Assembly: GCA_020860205.1 (NCBI GenBank)
Contig: JAJBUU010000004.1
Location: 1 to 32,000 of the forward strand
Direction: 5' to 3'
From: Oscillospiraceae bacterium
Lineage (GTDB): Bacteria > Bacillota > Clostridia > Oscillospirales > Oscillospiraceae
Length of the DNA: 32,000 bases
In this document: in pieces, positions 1-7,941 of the stretch
Numbering within the stretch: position 1 is the first letter of the stretch
Layout: the number at the start of each line of letters is the position of its first letter
Notes under the pieces: model-generated
Databases searched by the model: none
What the model was told of the DNA's origin: nothing
What the model saw: the letters and a program-made list of their open reading frames with translations, nothing else
Made by a program: the position numbers and the translations under genes

Positions 1-1805
1 TACTTCACACAACTTAGAGCAAATTTCAAAAAAGTCTTGACAAAGCGTTCCCCGAAGGGACAGGCTACCGGGCGCGGACGAGATTTTCAAAGTTCTTCAA
101 TCTGCCGGAATTGATGGTCATGTTCAAAGAGGTTGCCGATATTAAAACCTCCGATCAGCTCAATCTGCCTGCCCCTACGCCCATCTATCACAACGAAGTG
201 GCGCAGCCTACCGCAATCCAGCAGGAGATGGTGCAGCAGCTCTCCGAACGAGCCTCACTGGTACACGCCGGACGAGTAGACGCCAGCGCAGATAATATGT
301 TGAAGATCACCAGCGATGGCCGCAAGCTGGGACTTGACCAGCGGGTGATCAACCCCAACCTGCCCGACGACCCGAACAGCAAAGTCAATTTGTGTGTCAA
401 CAACATCGTGAGGATTTGGGAGGAAGGACAGGCGAACAGGCTGACCCAGCTCGTGTTCTGCGATATATCCACACCGAAAAGCGCACCGACAAAGAAAATC
501 GCCAAAACTGTGGACAGTCCGGAGCTTCATGCGCTGGAACAGCTTACGGAGGAAGCTGAACCTGAAAAGCCCTTCTCCATTTACGATGATATTCGGGAAA
601 AGCTGGTGGCGCGGGGTATCCCACGGGAACAGGTGGCCTTTATCCACGAGGCCAACACGGAGGTGCGGAAAAAGGAGCTGTTCGCAAAGGTGCGCAGCGG
701 GCAGGTGCGCGTCCTGATGGGCAGCACCTTCAAAATGGGAGCAGGTATGAACGTACAGGACCGGCTGATTGCGCTCCATGACCTCGACTGCCCGTGGAGG
801 CCGGGCGACCTGGAGCAGCGCAGCGGACGTATTATCCGGCAGGGCAACAGAAATGAGCAGGTACACATTTACCGCTATGTCACAGAAGGAACATTTGATT
901 CGTACCTCTGGCAGACCGTAGAGAATAAGCAGAAGTTTATCTCACAGATCATGACCAGCAAAAGCCCGGTGCGCTCCTGTGAGGACATCGACGAAACGGC
1001 GCTTTCCTATGCGGAAATCAAGGCGCTGTGCGCCGGAGATGACAGAATACGGGAGAAGATGGACCTGGACGTAGACGTGTCCCGCCTGCGGCTGATGAAA
1101 GCCAACCACCAGAGCCAGCAGTACCGCCTGGAGGACGATTTGCTCAAACGCTTTCCCAAACAGGTGGAGGAAAGCAAGAGCTTCATCGCCGGATTTGAAG
1201 CGGATTTGAAAACGCTGGCAGAACACCCCTGTCCGAAGGAAGGGTTCGTTGGCATGGAGGTCAAGGGCGACTTCCTGACAGACAAGGATAACGCCGGCGC
1301 TGCACTGTTGGAAGCCTTTCAGGACGTTAAGGGCATGGAACCTGTTTCCATAGGAAGCTACCGCGGATTTTCCATGAGCCTGACCGTGGAGGATTTTGGC
1401 CGGGATTTTGTGCTGACGCTCAAGGGACAGATGAGCTGCCGTGTTGAGCTTGGCAAGGATGCCAGAGGCAACCTGACCCGAATTGACAACGCTCTGACCG
1501 GTATTCCCAAACGGCTGAAAACCGCACAGGACAGACTGGACAATCTCTATGCGCAGATGGAAAACGCCAAAGCGGAGCTGGGCAAGCCGTTTCCTCAAGA
1601 GAATGAGCTGCGGGTAAAATCCGCGCGTTTGGCGGAGTTAAATGCAGAGTTGAATATTGACGAGAAAACCTCGATGGAGCGCGTGGCGGAAGAACCTGTG
1701 CTAAAGCAGACGGGGCGTCCATCCGTGCTTGCGAAGCTCAAACAGACGTTGCCGGAATCGCATGGCTCGCCAAAGAAAGCAAAGCATCCGGAGACGGAGC
1801 GTTAA
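1..1805 (+). CDS. C-terminal part of a large SNF2/DEAD-like helicase of the conjugative-element helicase(-methylase) type. The 5' end lies outside the window and the frame is broken near nt 28-33.
   Basis: The frame-3 ORF is open from nt 18 and reads ...PEGTGYRARTRFSKFFNLPELM.... It continues into helicase C-terminal motifs: LVFCDISTPK, VLMGSTFKMGAGMNVQ, and DLDCPWRPGDLEQRSGRIIRQGN (QRxGRxxRxGN-like motif VI). There is an in-frame TAG at 15-17. Frame 1 is open over 1-108, and one extra A in the A6 run (28-33) would join YFTQLRANFKK to SLDKAFPEGTGY. Confidence 0.8.
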
Positions 1806-1816
1806 GCTCCGTCTCC
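1790..1816 (+). terminator. Hairpin spanning the helicase stop codon; a weak terminator candidate
   Basis: Perfect 11-bp stem ggagacggagc / gctccgtctcc with loop gttaa. The tail that follows (cgtatcttctg) is only partly T-rich. Confidence 0.3.
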
Positions 1817-1881
1817 CGTATCTTCTGATAAGGGCAGTATAGCACACAATTTCCGGAATTTCTACAGGGAGGAATTATATT

Positions 1882-2724
1882 TTGAGTTCTGATGCGAAAA
1901 AACTGAACGACCAGCTTTATGCAAAGATGACCGCAGAGCAGGAAAAATACCGAACATGGCTGTTGTCGCAGCCCGCAGAGGAGATTTTGAATCATGCCTG
2001 CGAATACACGATGCGCGAGGACATTTTGATGTCCGTTGAAACAAATCATCTGACCGCACAACAGGCGGCGGCGCTGCTCGCATCCCCGGATGCGCTCGCA
2101 GATTTATTTCATAAGCTGAGAGACATAGATACCGACTATATGGATACGATTCACGACTGCGTAACTGACTATGCCAATGAGCAGGCATACCGCCAGCAGA
2201 AGGAACTGCGAAACACCCCGGTCTATCGGGAAAGCGGCACTTATGCCAGCAGGCATGACGAGAAAGACGAGTACATTGCATCCTATAAAGCCAACATTGC
2301 CTGTAAGCAAACGCTGGAGCAGGCCATCAATGGAAATTACGCGGACAACCAACTGAATGTGAGTGCAGCGCTCCGGCAGGCAGCGGAGCTGTTCGGCATG
2401 GAGCGTGTGGTCTATGTGCTGGCTGTTACGGTGAGGGCAAAGGATTGGGATGGGAGAATTATGCCGGACAACAAGGCGTGGGCAAAAACGATCCCCGTTG
2501 CGGAAAATCTGGACGCATGGAGCAATGACCGCAACCTCGCTTTTGTCGTAGATCAGGCGCACACGGGGTTAATAGATATTCTGGTCAGCCATGTTCGGAA
2601 AGAGCTGATGCGGGAACAGCCCCCTGCTGAAAAGCGGCCTTCGGTGATGGACAAACTGAAAAAAGCAAGCCCCCTGGAAACAAAAGCACCCGCAGCCGAA
2701 AAGAAACCGGATTTGGAGCTGTGA
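1882..2724 (+). CDS. DUF3848/DUF3849-like conserved ICE protein of unknown function
   Basis: TTG start about 9 nt after GGGAGGA (1866-1872). Segments such as PVYRESGTYASRHDEKDEYIASYKANIACKQ and VYVLAVTVRAKDWDGRIMPDNKAWAKTIPV match, from memory, DUF3849-type proteins encoded beside helicase and relaxase genes in Clostridia ICEs. Confidence 0.65.
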   Translation: MSSDAKKLNDQLYAKMTAEQEKYRTWLLSQPAEEILNHACEYTMREDILMSVETNHLTAQQAAALLASPDALADLFHKLRDIDTDYMDTIHDCVTDYANEQAYRQQKELRNTPVYRESGTYASRHDEKDEYIASYKANIACKQTLEQAINGNYADNQLNVSAALRQAAELFGMERVVYVLAVTVRAKDWDGRIMPDNKAWAKTIPVAENLDAWSNDRNLAFVVDQAHTGLIDILVSHVRKELMREQPPAEKRPSVMDKLKKASPLETKAPAAEKKPDLEL

Positions 2725-2725
2725 A

Positions 2726-3064
2726 ATGACCACGCGCAGCCGGAACATCAAGCTGGAGTTCTGGGTGACGGAACAGGAACGGGCTATGATCGAGGAAAAG
2801 ATGGCGCAGCTCGGTACCCGCAACATGAGCGCCTATCTCCGCAAGATGGCCATCGACGGATGTATTGTAAATCCGGATATACCGGGATTGAAAGAAATGG
2901 TGTCCCTCCTGCGGCGCTCCGGCAACAACCTGAATCAGTTCGCCCGCCGCGCCCATGAAACGGGACGCATTTATGATGCCGACATCGAGGACATAAAACA
3001 GAATCAGGAACGGCTCTGGCAGGCGGCGTCGGATATTCTGACCGCCCTTGCCAAACTGGGATAG
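2726..3064 (+). CDS. mobC: MobC-family relaxosome accessory protein (ribbon-helix-helix)
   Basis: The ATG lies 1 nt after the upstream stop. The N-terminus is RHH-like (IKLEFWVTEQERAMIEEKMAQLG) and the protein carries an LRRSGNNLNQFARRAH motif. The gene sits upstream of a relaxase. Confidence 0.8.
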   Translation: MTTRSRNIKLEFWVTEQERAMIEEKMAQLGTRNMSAYLRKMAIDGCIVNPDIPGLKEMVSLLRRSGNNLNQFARRAHETGRIYDADIEDIKQNQERLWQAASDILTALAKLG

Positions 3065-3138
3065 GCCGCATCCTTGCAAAAAAATCTGCGGAGCCGGTAT
3101 GCGGTATGCCATTCAGGACAGAATTTACGAATGATTGA

Positions 3139-3167
3139 TTGACGATTCTAAAAAGATGCTGTATACT
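3139..3167 (+). promoter_or_regulatory. Sigma-A-type promoter upstream of the HU gene
   Basis: TTGACG (3139-3144), 17-nt spacer, TATACT (3162-3167). Confidence 0.5.
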
Positions 3168-3229
3168 TGGCCTCACGTCACAGCCACCAACAGCGTATGA
3201 TTCTAAAACAAACAGAGGAACGAAAGAAT

Positions 3230-3505
3230 ATGACCAAAACTGAATTTGTGGATAAGGTTGTCGCGGAAAGCGGACTGAGCAAAAAACAGTCAGACGAAGC
3301 GGTAAAGGCCGTGCTGAAAGTTCTGACCGATGCGATGGCTGCGGGAGATAAGGTGTCCTTCCCCGGCTTCGGCAGCTTCGAGGTCAGGGAGCGCGCCGCC
3401 CGCGAGGGCAAGAACCCGCGCACCGGTGAATCGGTGCAGATCGCAGCCTGCAAGGTTCCCGCGTTCAAGGCTGGCAAGTCCCTGAAGGACGCCGTGAACG
3501 GTTAA
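3230..3505 (+). CDS. hup: HU-family DNA-binding protein (91 aa)
   Basis: MTKTEFVDKV...FPGFGSFEVRERAAREGKNPRTGESVQIAACKVPAFKAGKSLKDAV is a canonical HU/IHF signature. GAGGAA lies about 10 nt upstream of ATG 3230. The ORF-track start at 3167 is an unlikely extension. Confidence 0.9.
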   Translation: MTKTEFVDKVVAESGLSKKQSDEAVKAVLKVLTDAMAAGDKVSFPGFGSFEVRERAAREGKNPRTGESVQIAACKVPAFKAGKSLKDAVNG

Positions 3506-3530
3506 ACAAGTTTATAGCATTTATGTCTGA

Positions 3531-3565
3531 GGCGGTCACACATTGGTGGCCGCCCTATTCTTTAT
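3531..3565 (+). terminator. Rho-independent terminator after the HU gene
   Basis: 9-bp stem ggcggtcac / gtggccgcc (one G-U pair), loop acattg, then ctattctttat. Confidence 0.55.
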
Positions 3566-3599
3566 CCGGGAGGGATGCATCATTGCCACCACCTGCATC

Positions 3600-4985
3600 A
3601 TGCCGCTGCACATAGGCCGTGGTCGGAGCGTCGGAAAGGCAATTCAAAGTATTCTGGACTATGTGGAGAACACGGAAAAGACTGACCACGGCAGACTCAT
3701 CACCTGCTATGGCTGCAACTGCCAGATTGCCGATGCTGAGTTTCTCTTTTCCAAACAACAATACAAGCGCCTGACCGGACGGGAGCAGAAAAATGATGTT
3801 ATCGCCTACCACTTCCGGCAGTCGTTCCGCCCCGGCGAGGTCATGCCGGAGGAGGCCAACCGCATCGGCGTGGAGTTTGCCGAACGTTTCCTCAAGGGCA
3901 ACAATGCCTTTATTGTCTGCACCCACATTGACCGGGCGCACATTCACAATCATGTGATTTGGAACTCTATCACGCTGGACTGCACCCGGAAATTCCGCAA
4001 TTTTTGGGGCAGCACAAAAGCCGTTCGGGAACTGAGCGACCTCATCTGTCTGGAGCATCACCTGTCCATCGTGGAAAATCCCCAGCGGCGGGGGAGAAGC
4101 TACAACAAGTGGCTGGGTGACAAAGCAGAGCCTTGCCACCGCGACATATTGCGCGCCGCTATTGACGCCGCTTTGGAGAAAAAGCCCGCAGACTTCAACG
4201 CGCTTTTGGAGCTGCTGCGGGAGAACGGCATCACGGTCACGCGCAGAGGAAAATCCATCTCTCTCTGCGCACCGGGATGGAAAGGCGCGGCGTGCCTGGA
4301 TTCACTCAGGGATGGCTACACTGAGGCCGATTTGACCGCCGTGATTCTCGGCGGGAAAACACATACTCCGCGCAAGCAGCCTGCCTCCGTTCCACCGTCA
4401 AAGGCCAGTCTGCTCATCGACATCCAGGCGAAGCTGAACGAGGGAAAGGGCGCTGGTTATGAACGGTGGGCGAAGGTTTTTAACCTCAAACAGATGGCGC
4501 AGACGATGAATTATCTGCGGGAACACGATGGGTTGGACTACGACGGACTTGTGCAGCGGGCCGACGCCGCCAGTATGCGGTTCAATGAGCTGTCTGCGCA
4601 AATCAAGGCGGCGGAAACCCGTATGGCAGAAATCTCTGTTCTCAAAACGCAGCTCATCAACTATGCCAGGACCCGCAAGGTCTTTGAGGAATACAAGGCG
4701 TCGCGTTACTCAAAAAAATATTTTGCAGAGCATGAGGGCGACATCATTCTCCATCGTGCCGCAAAGAAAACCTTTAACGAGATGGGACTGAAAAAGCTGC
4801 CTGCTGTCAAGAGTCTGCAAACGGAGTATGCCGCCCTGATCTCTGAGAAAAAAGCGGCCTACGCCGAATACCGCGAGGCGCGGGAGGAAATGAAGCGGCT
4901 GCTCGTCTATCGTGCGAACGCAGAGCAAATTCTTGGTATCGGCACCTGCGAGACAGAAAAGAAAAAGGAGCGCGAACAACGATGA
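3600..4985 (+). CDS. MobA/VirD2-family relaxase (mobilization nuclease)
   Basis: Histidine-triad region HIDRAHIHNHVIWN, an N-terminal ...MPLHIGRGRS... segment, and a C-terminal coiled-coil-like tail. ATG 3600 is used here. An ATT codon at 3582, 7 nt after GGGAGGG (3568-3574), would give MATTCIMPLH, which resembles the N-termini of homologues as I remember them. The ORF-track TTG at 3543 lies inside the hup terminator. Confidence 0.85.
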   Translation: MPLHIGRGRSVGKAIQSILDYVENTEKTDHGRLITCYGCNCQIADAEFLFSKQQYKRLTGREQKNDVIAYHFRQSFRPGEVMPEEANRIGVEFAERFLKGNNAFIVCTHIDRAHIHNHVIWNSITLDCTRKFRNFWGSTKAVRELSDLICLEHHLSIVENPQRRGRSYNKWLGDKAEPCHRDILRAAIDAALEKKPADFNALLELLRENGITVTRRGKSISLCAPGWKGAACLDSLRDGYTEADLTAVILGGKTHTPRKQPASVPPSKASLLIDIQAKLNEGKGAGYERWAKVFNLKQMAQTMNYLREHDGLDYDGLVQRADAASMRFNELSAQIKAAETRMAEISVLKTQLINYARTRKVFEEYKASRYSKKYFAEHEGDIILHRAAKKTFNEMGLKKLPAVKSLQTEYAALISEKKAAYAEYREAREEMKRLLVYRANAEQILGIGTCETEKKKEREQR

Positions 4986-5004
4986 AGTGTTCACGCTCCG
5001 ATAA

Positions 5005-5099
5005 GCATCCGCAGGATGCGCCGCCGCACAAATGTGCGTTCAAAGGGAGCTTGAGGGATACCCTCAACAAGCCGTTTGTGTCCGTTTGTCCGGACACAA
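5005..5099. other. Cluster of short inverted repeats downstream of the relaxase (terminators or oriT candidate)
   Basis: gcatcc-gca-ggatgc (5005-5019); gcaca-aa-tgtgc (5026-5037); ttgaggg-ata-ccctcaa (5051-5067); ttgtgtccg-tttgtc-cggacacaa (5076-5099). Confidence 0.3.
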
Positions 5100-5153
5100 G
5101 CATTGCTTGCCGCTAAGTTCTAACTCAAACAAAGATAGTAATTCTAATAAGTC

Positions 5154-6044
5154 TCAGGAGTTTGCTAAACGCTCCACCTCGTCCAGCGGGATGCCCGTCA
5201 GTGCAGAAATATCTGCAACGCTTACCTTTTTGAGCATATTCTTAACCAGTTCAGCTCGTGCTTCCTGTTTGCCCTCTTGGAAGCCCTCCTGGAACTTCTC
5301 TTGGTAACCCTCTTGATAGCCCTCTTGGAACTTCTCTTTAGCGACATTGTAAAGTTCAATGTCCCATACCTGCCGTTGGTCAAACAGCGTTGTCATGATG
5401 TCAACGACCTCCTTTCGCCGACTTTCCAGGAACGGTTTTAGGATTCCCCGTTCCAGACAAATTCTTAGCGTTTCATCCATTGCTTTCTGGGTTCGTCCAT
5501 ACTCTTTCACCTGTCTGTCAAATATCTGGCTGAACTCGATGTACTGGTCGAGAATATCGCCAGAACCATCGTCACGCAGGACTTTCACGTTTACCTCAAC
5601 GTCTCCAGCTCCATCGTAGAGGTCAGACAGGCAAAGCGTGTCAGGTACATTTTTCTTCTCTCCAGTATAGACGACATAAGTATAGACGACATAAAGCTCC
5701 GGCCGTGGAATTGATACCCGCTTCTCACGATACAGCGAGAGCTTGTGGTCCTCCACATATTCCTTGTAGGTGGAGGCCAGATACATCAGCATCCGAAGCG
5801 GAATATTCTCCGAAAACGTGGATTGTGCTTCGACCAGAAAAATAAGTCTGTCACGAACCTGAATGCCAATGTCGTTGTGCTGGCCAATGACCAGCACATT
5901 CTCCAGCGTTACCAACTTGAAATCCTCATCCGTCACTTTGGTATCTTCTGGATGGAGCTGAAGGTAAAGCGCCCTCGTGTACTCCGGCTGCTTAAACAAA
6001 AATGTGAAAAGACTGTCTTTTATATCTCGTTTGGGTGTTGGCAT
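5154..6044 (-). CDS. Rpn/YhgA-like PD-(D/E)XK nuclease (putative recombination-promoting nuclease/transposase family), copy A
   Basis: ATG 6044 is preceded by GAAGGAGGG. The protein reads MPTPKRDIKDSLFTFLFKQPEYT...DRLIFLVEAQS, a D...ExQ nuclease core. The C-terminus has a (QEGY/F)-type repeat and an HTH-like tail, VSVADISALTGIPLDEVERL. The ORF-track extension to 6179 runs through the promoter. Confidence 0.7.
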   Translation of the reverse strand: MPTPKRDIKDSLFTFLFKQPEYTRALYLQLHPEDTKVTDEDFKLVTLENVLVIGQHNDIGIQVRDRLIFLVEAQSTFSENIPLRMLMYLASTYKEYVEDHKLSLYREKRVSIPRPELYVVYTYVVYTGEKKNVPDTLCLSDLYDGAGDVEVNVKVLRDDGSGDILDQYIEFSQIFDRQVKEYGRTQKAMDETLRICLERGILKPFLESRRKEVVDIMTTLFDQRQVWDIELYNVAKEKFQEGYQEGYQEKFQEGFQEGKQEARAELVKNMLKKVSVADISALTGIPLDEVERLANS

Positions 6045-6069
6045 GGATCGCCCTCCTTCATCTGTTCCT

Positions 6070-6098
6070 ATTATACACAGACTTTCATACAAATACAA
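6070..6098 (-). promoter_or_regulatory. Sigma-A-type promoter of Rpn copy A
   Basis: On the minus strand: TTGTAT (6098-6093), 17-nt spacer, TATAAT (6075-6070). This lies about 25 nt upstream of ATG 6044. Confidence 0.55.
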
Positions 6099-6199
6099 GA
6101 AAATTTTTTGTGTACATTCCGCCGCAGGAGCATTTATCGTTCCCTGTGGCATTTTCTCGTTCCCATTTTTACTACACACTACGAAAGCGAGGCTCTTGA

Positions 6200-6508
6200 T
6201 TGAAACGAATTTTTATCTTTATCTTATCCTTATCTTTCATATTCTCCTTTATTCTGACAGCCGGTGCTGCCGAGACTGACACGCTTACCATGACAGCGAC
6301 CAGGCGGCTCACCTGCGAGGGTTACACGCTGGGCGACCTTGCGGCGGCGCGTCTGGCCGTCTATGGAATCACTTCATCCACTCGTGTTTCGCTGGTTCTG
6401 TCGTTAGCCCCTTTGAAGTTAGTCAGGTCTGTGCCACCCTGCCGCCTCCTATTGTACATGACGACTGTGCGCAGAATATTATTATCCCGAAAGTTAGTGG
6501 GCGATTGA
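6200..6508 (+). pseudogene. Truncated duplicate of the 5' end (signal peptide plus about 57 aa) of the SLH/transglutaminase-like gene at 7942
   Basis: MKRIFIFILSLSFIFSFILTAGAAETDTLTMTATRRLTCEGYTLGDLAAARLAVYGI parallels residues 1-57 of the 522-aa protein. Homology stops near 6368, and the ORF then runs into unrelated sequence. Confidence 0.75.
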
Positions 6509-6547
6509 TTCCAAAAACGAACTTAAAACATGAGCATAGAGAGAAAA

Positions 6548-6612
6548 ATTATCCCGAAAGTTTTTGCGAAAACGCCTACGATTGCAGGCGTTTTCGTGCC
6601 TTTCGGGATAAT
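6548..6612. terminator. Long composite hairpin; candidate bidirectional terminator or protein-binding palindrome
   Basis: Outer arms attatcccgaaag (6548-6560) / ctttcgggataat (6600-6612). Inner perfect 11-bp stem cgaaaacgcct (6567-6577) / aggcgttttcg (6586-6596). On the minus strand it is followed by a T-rich stretch (tttttctctc). Confidence 0.4.
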
Positions 6613-6670
6613 ACATTTTGCGGGATAACCGCTAAGTTCTAACTCAAACAAAGATAGTAATTCTAATAAG

Positions 6671-6881
6671 TCAGGAGTTTGCCAGACGCTCCACCTCGTC
6701 CTGCGGAATGTCCGTCAGTGTGGAAATATCTGCAAGGCTTACCTTTTTGAGCATAGTTCAGCTCGTGCATCCTGCTTGCTTTCTTGGAAGCCCTCCTGGA
6801 ACTTCTCTTTAGCAACATTGTAAAGCTCAATGTCCCATACCTGCCGTTGGTCAAACAGTGTTACCATGATGTCAAGCCTCC
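6671..6881 (-). pseudogene. 3'-only fragment of a third Rpn-like gene copy
   Basis: Aligns with the last ~210 nt of copies A and B. It also shares the 44-nt downstream flank (6629-6670 versus 5110-5153). A 10-nt deletion relative to the full copies (ttcttaacca missing near 6753) shifts the frame. Homology ends just upstream of a retained GGAGG (6881-6877) and ATG (6867). Confidence 0.75.
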
Positions 6882-6886
6882 ATGGA

Positions 6887-7786
6887 TCAGGAGTTTGCCA
6901 GACGCTCCACCTCATCCTGCGGAATGCCCGTCAGTGCAGAAATATCTGCAACGCTTACCTTTTTAAGCATATTCTTAACCAGTTCAGCTCGTTTTTCCTG
7001 CTTGCTTTCCTGCAAGCCCTCCTGGAAGCCCTCACGGAAGCCCTCCTGAAAACCCTCTTGGTAACCCTCCTGGTAGCCCTCTTGGAACTTCTCTTTAGCG
7101 ACATTGTAAAGCTCAATGTCCCATACCTGCCGTTGGTCAAACAGCGTTGTCATGATGTCAACGACCTCCTTTCGCCGACTTTCCAGGAACGGTTTTAGGA
7201 TTCCCCGTTCCAGACAAATTCTTAGCGTTTCATCCATTGCTTTCTGGGTTCGTCCATACTCTTTCACCTGTCTGTCAAATATCTGGCTGAACTCGATGTA
7301 CTGGTCGAGAATATCGCCAGAACCATCGTCACGCAGGACTTTCACGTTTACCTCAACGTCTCCATCTCCATTGTAGAGGTCAGACAGGCAAAGCGTGTCA
7401 GGTATATTTTTCTTCTCTCCAGTGTAGACAACATAAAGCTCCGGGCGTGGAATTGATACACGCCTCTCACGATACAGCGAGAGCTTGTGATCCTCCACAT
7501 ATTCCTTGTAGGTGGAGGCCAGATACATCAGCATCCGAAGCGGAATATTCTCCGAAAACGTGGATTGTGCTTCGACCAGAAAAATAAGTCTGTCACGAAC
7601 CTGAATGCCAATGTCGTTGTGCTGGCCAATGACCAGCACATTCTCCAGCGTTACCAACTTGAAATCCTCATCCGTCACTTTGGTATCTTCTGGATGGAGC
7701 TGAAGGTAAAGCGCCCTCGTGTACTCCGGCTGCTTAAACAAAAATGTGAAAAGACTGTCTTTTATATCTCGTTTGGGTGTTGGCAT
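6887..7786 (-). CDS. Rpn/YhgA-like PD-(D/E)XK nuclease, copy B
   Basis: Near-identical paralogue of 5154-6044. ATG 7786 has the same GAAGGAGGG SD. It differs from copy A by a few substitutions, by lacking the 15-nt duplication, and by having a longer (QEGx) repeat. Confidence 0.7.
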   Translation of the reverse strand: MPTPKRDIKDSLFTFLFKQPEYTRALYLQLHPEDTKVTDEDFKLVTLENVLVIGQHNDIGIQVRDRLIFLVEAQSTFSENIPLRMLMYLASTYKEYVEDHKLSLYRERRVSIPRPELYVVYTGEKKNIPDTLCLSDLYNGDGDVEVNVKVLRDDGSGDILDQYIEFSQIFDRQVKEYGRTQKAMDETLRICLERGILKPFLESRRKEVVDIMTTLFDQRQVWDIELYNVAKEKFQEGYQEGYQEGFQEGFREGFQEGLQESKQEKRAELVKNMLKKVSVADISALTGIPQDEVERLANS

Positions 7787-7811
7787 GGATCGCCCTCCTT
7801 CATCTGTTCCT

Positions 7812-7840
7812 ATTATACACAGACTTTCATACAAATACAA
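7812..7840 (-). promoter_or_regulatory. Sigma-A-type promoter of Rpn copy B (duplicate of 6070-6098)
   Basis: On the minus strand: TTGTAT (7840-7835), 17-nt spacer, TATAAT (7817-7812). Confidence 0.55.
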
Positions 7841-7941
7841 GAAAATTTTTTGTGTACATTCCGCCGCAGGAGCATTTATCGTTCCCTGTGGCATTTTCTC
7901 GTTCCCATTTTTACTACACACTACGAAAGCGAGGCTCTTGA

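Noticed and set aside
6200-6508. Treating the 102-aa ORF as an independent small secreted protein
   Set aside because: Its first 57 residues duplicate the N-terminus of the 522-aa protein. The rest reads through junction DNA with no domain. It is better explained as a truncated duplicate, although it retains the promoter, SD and signal peptide and could still be expressed.
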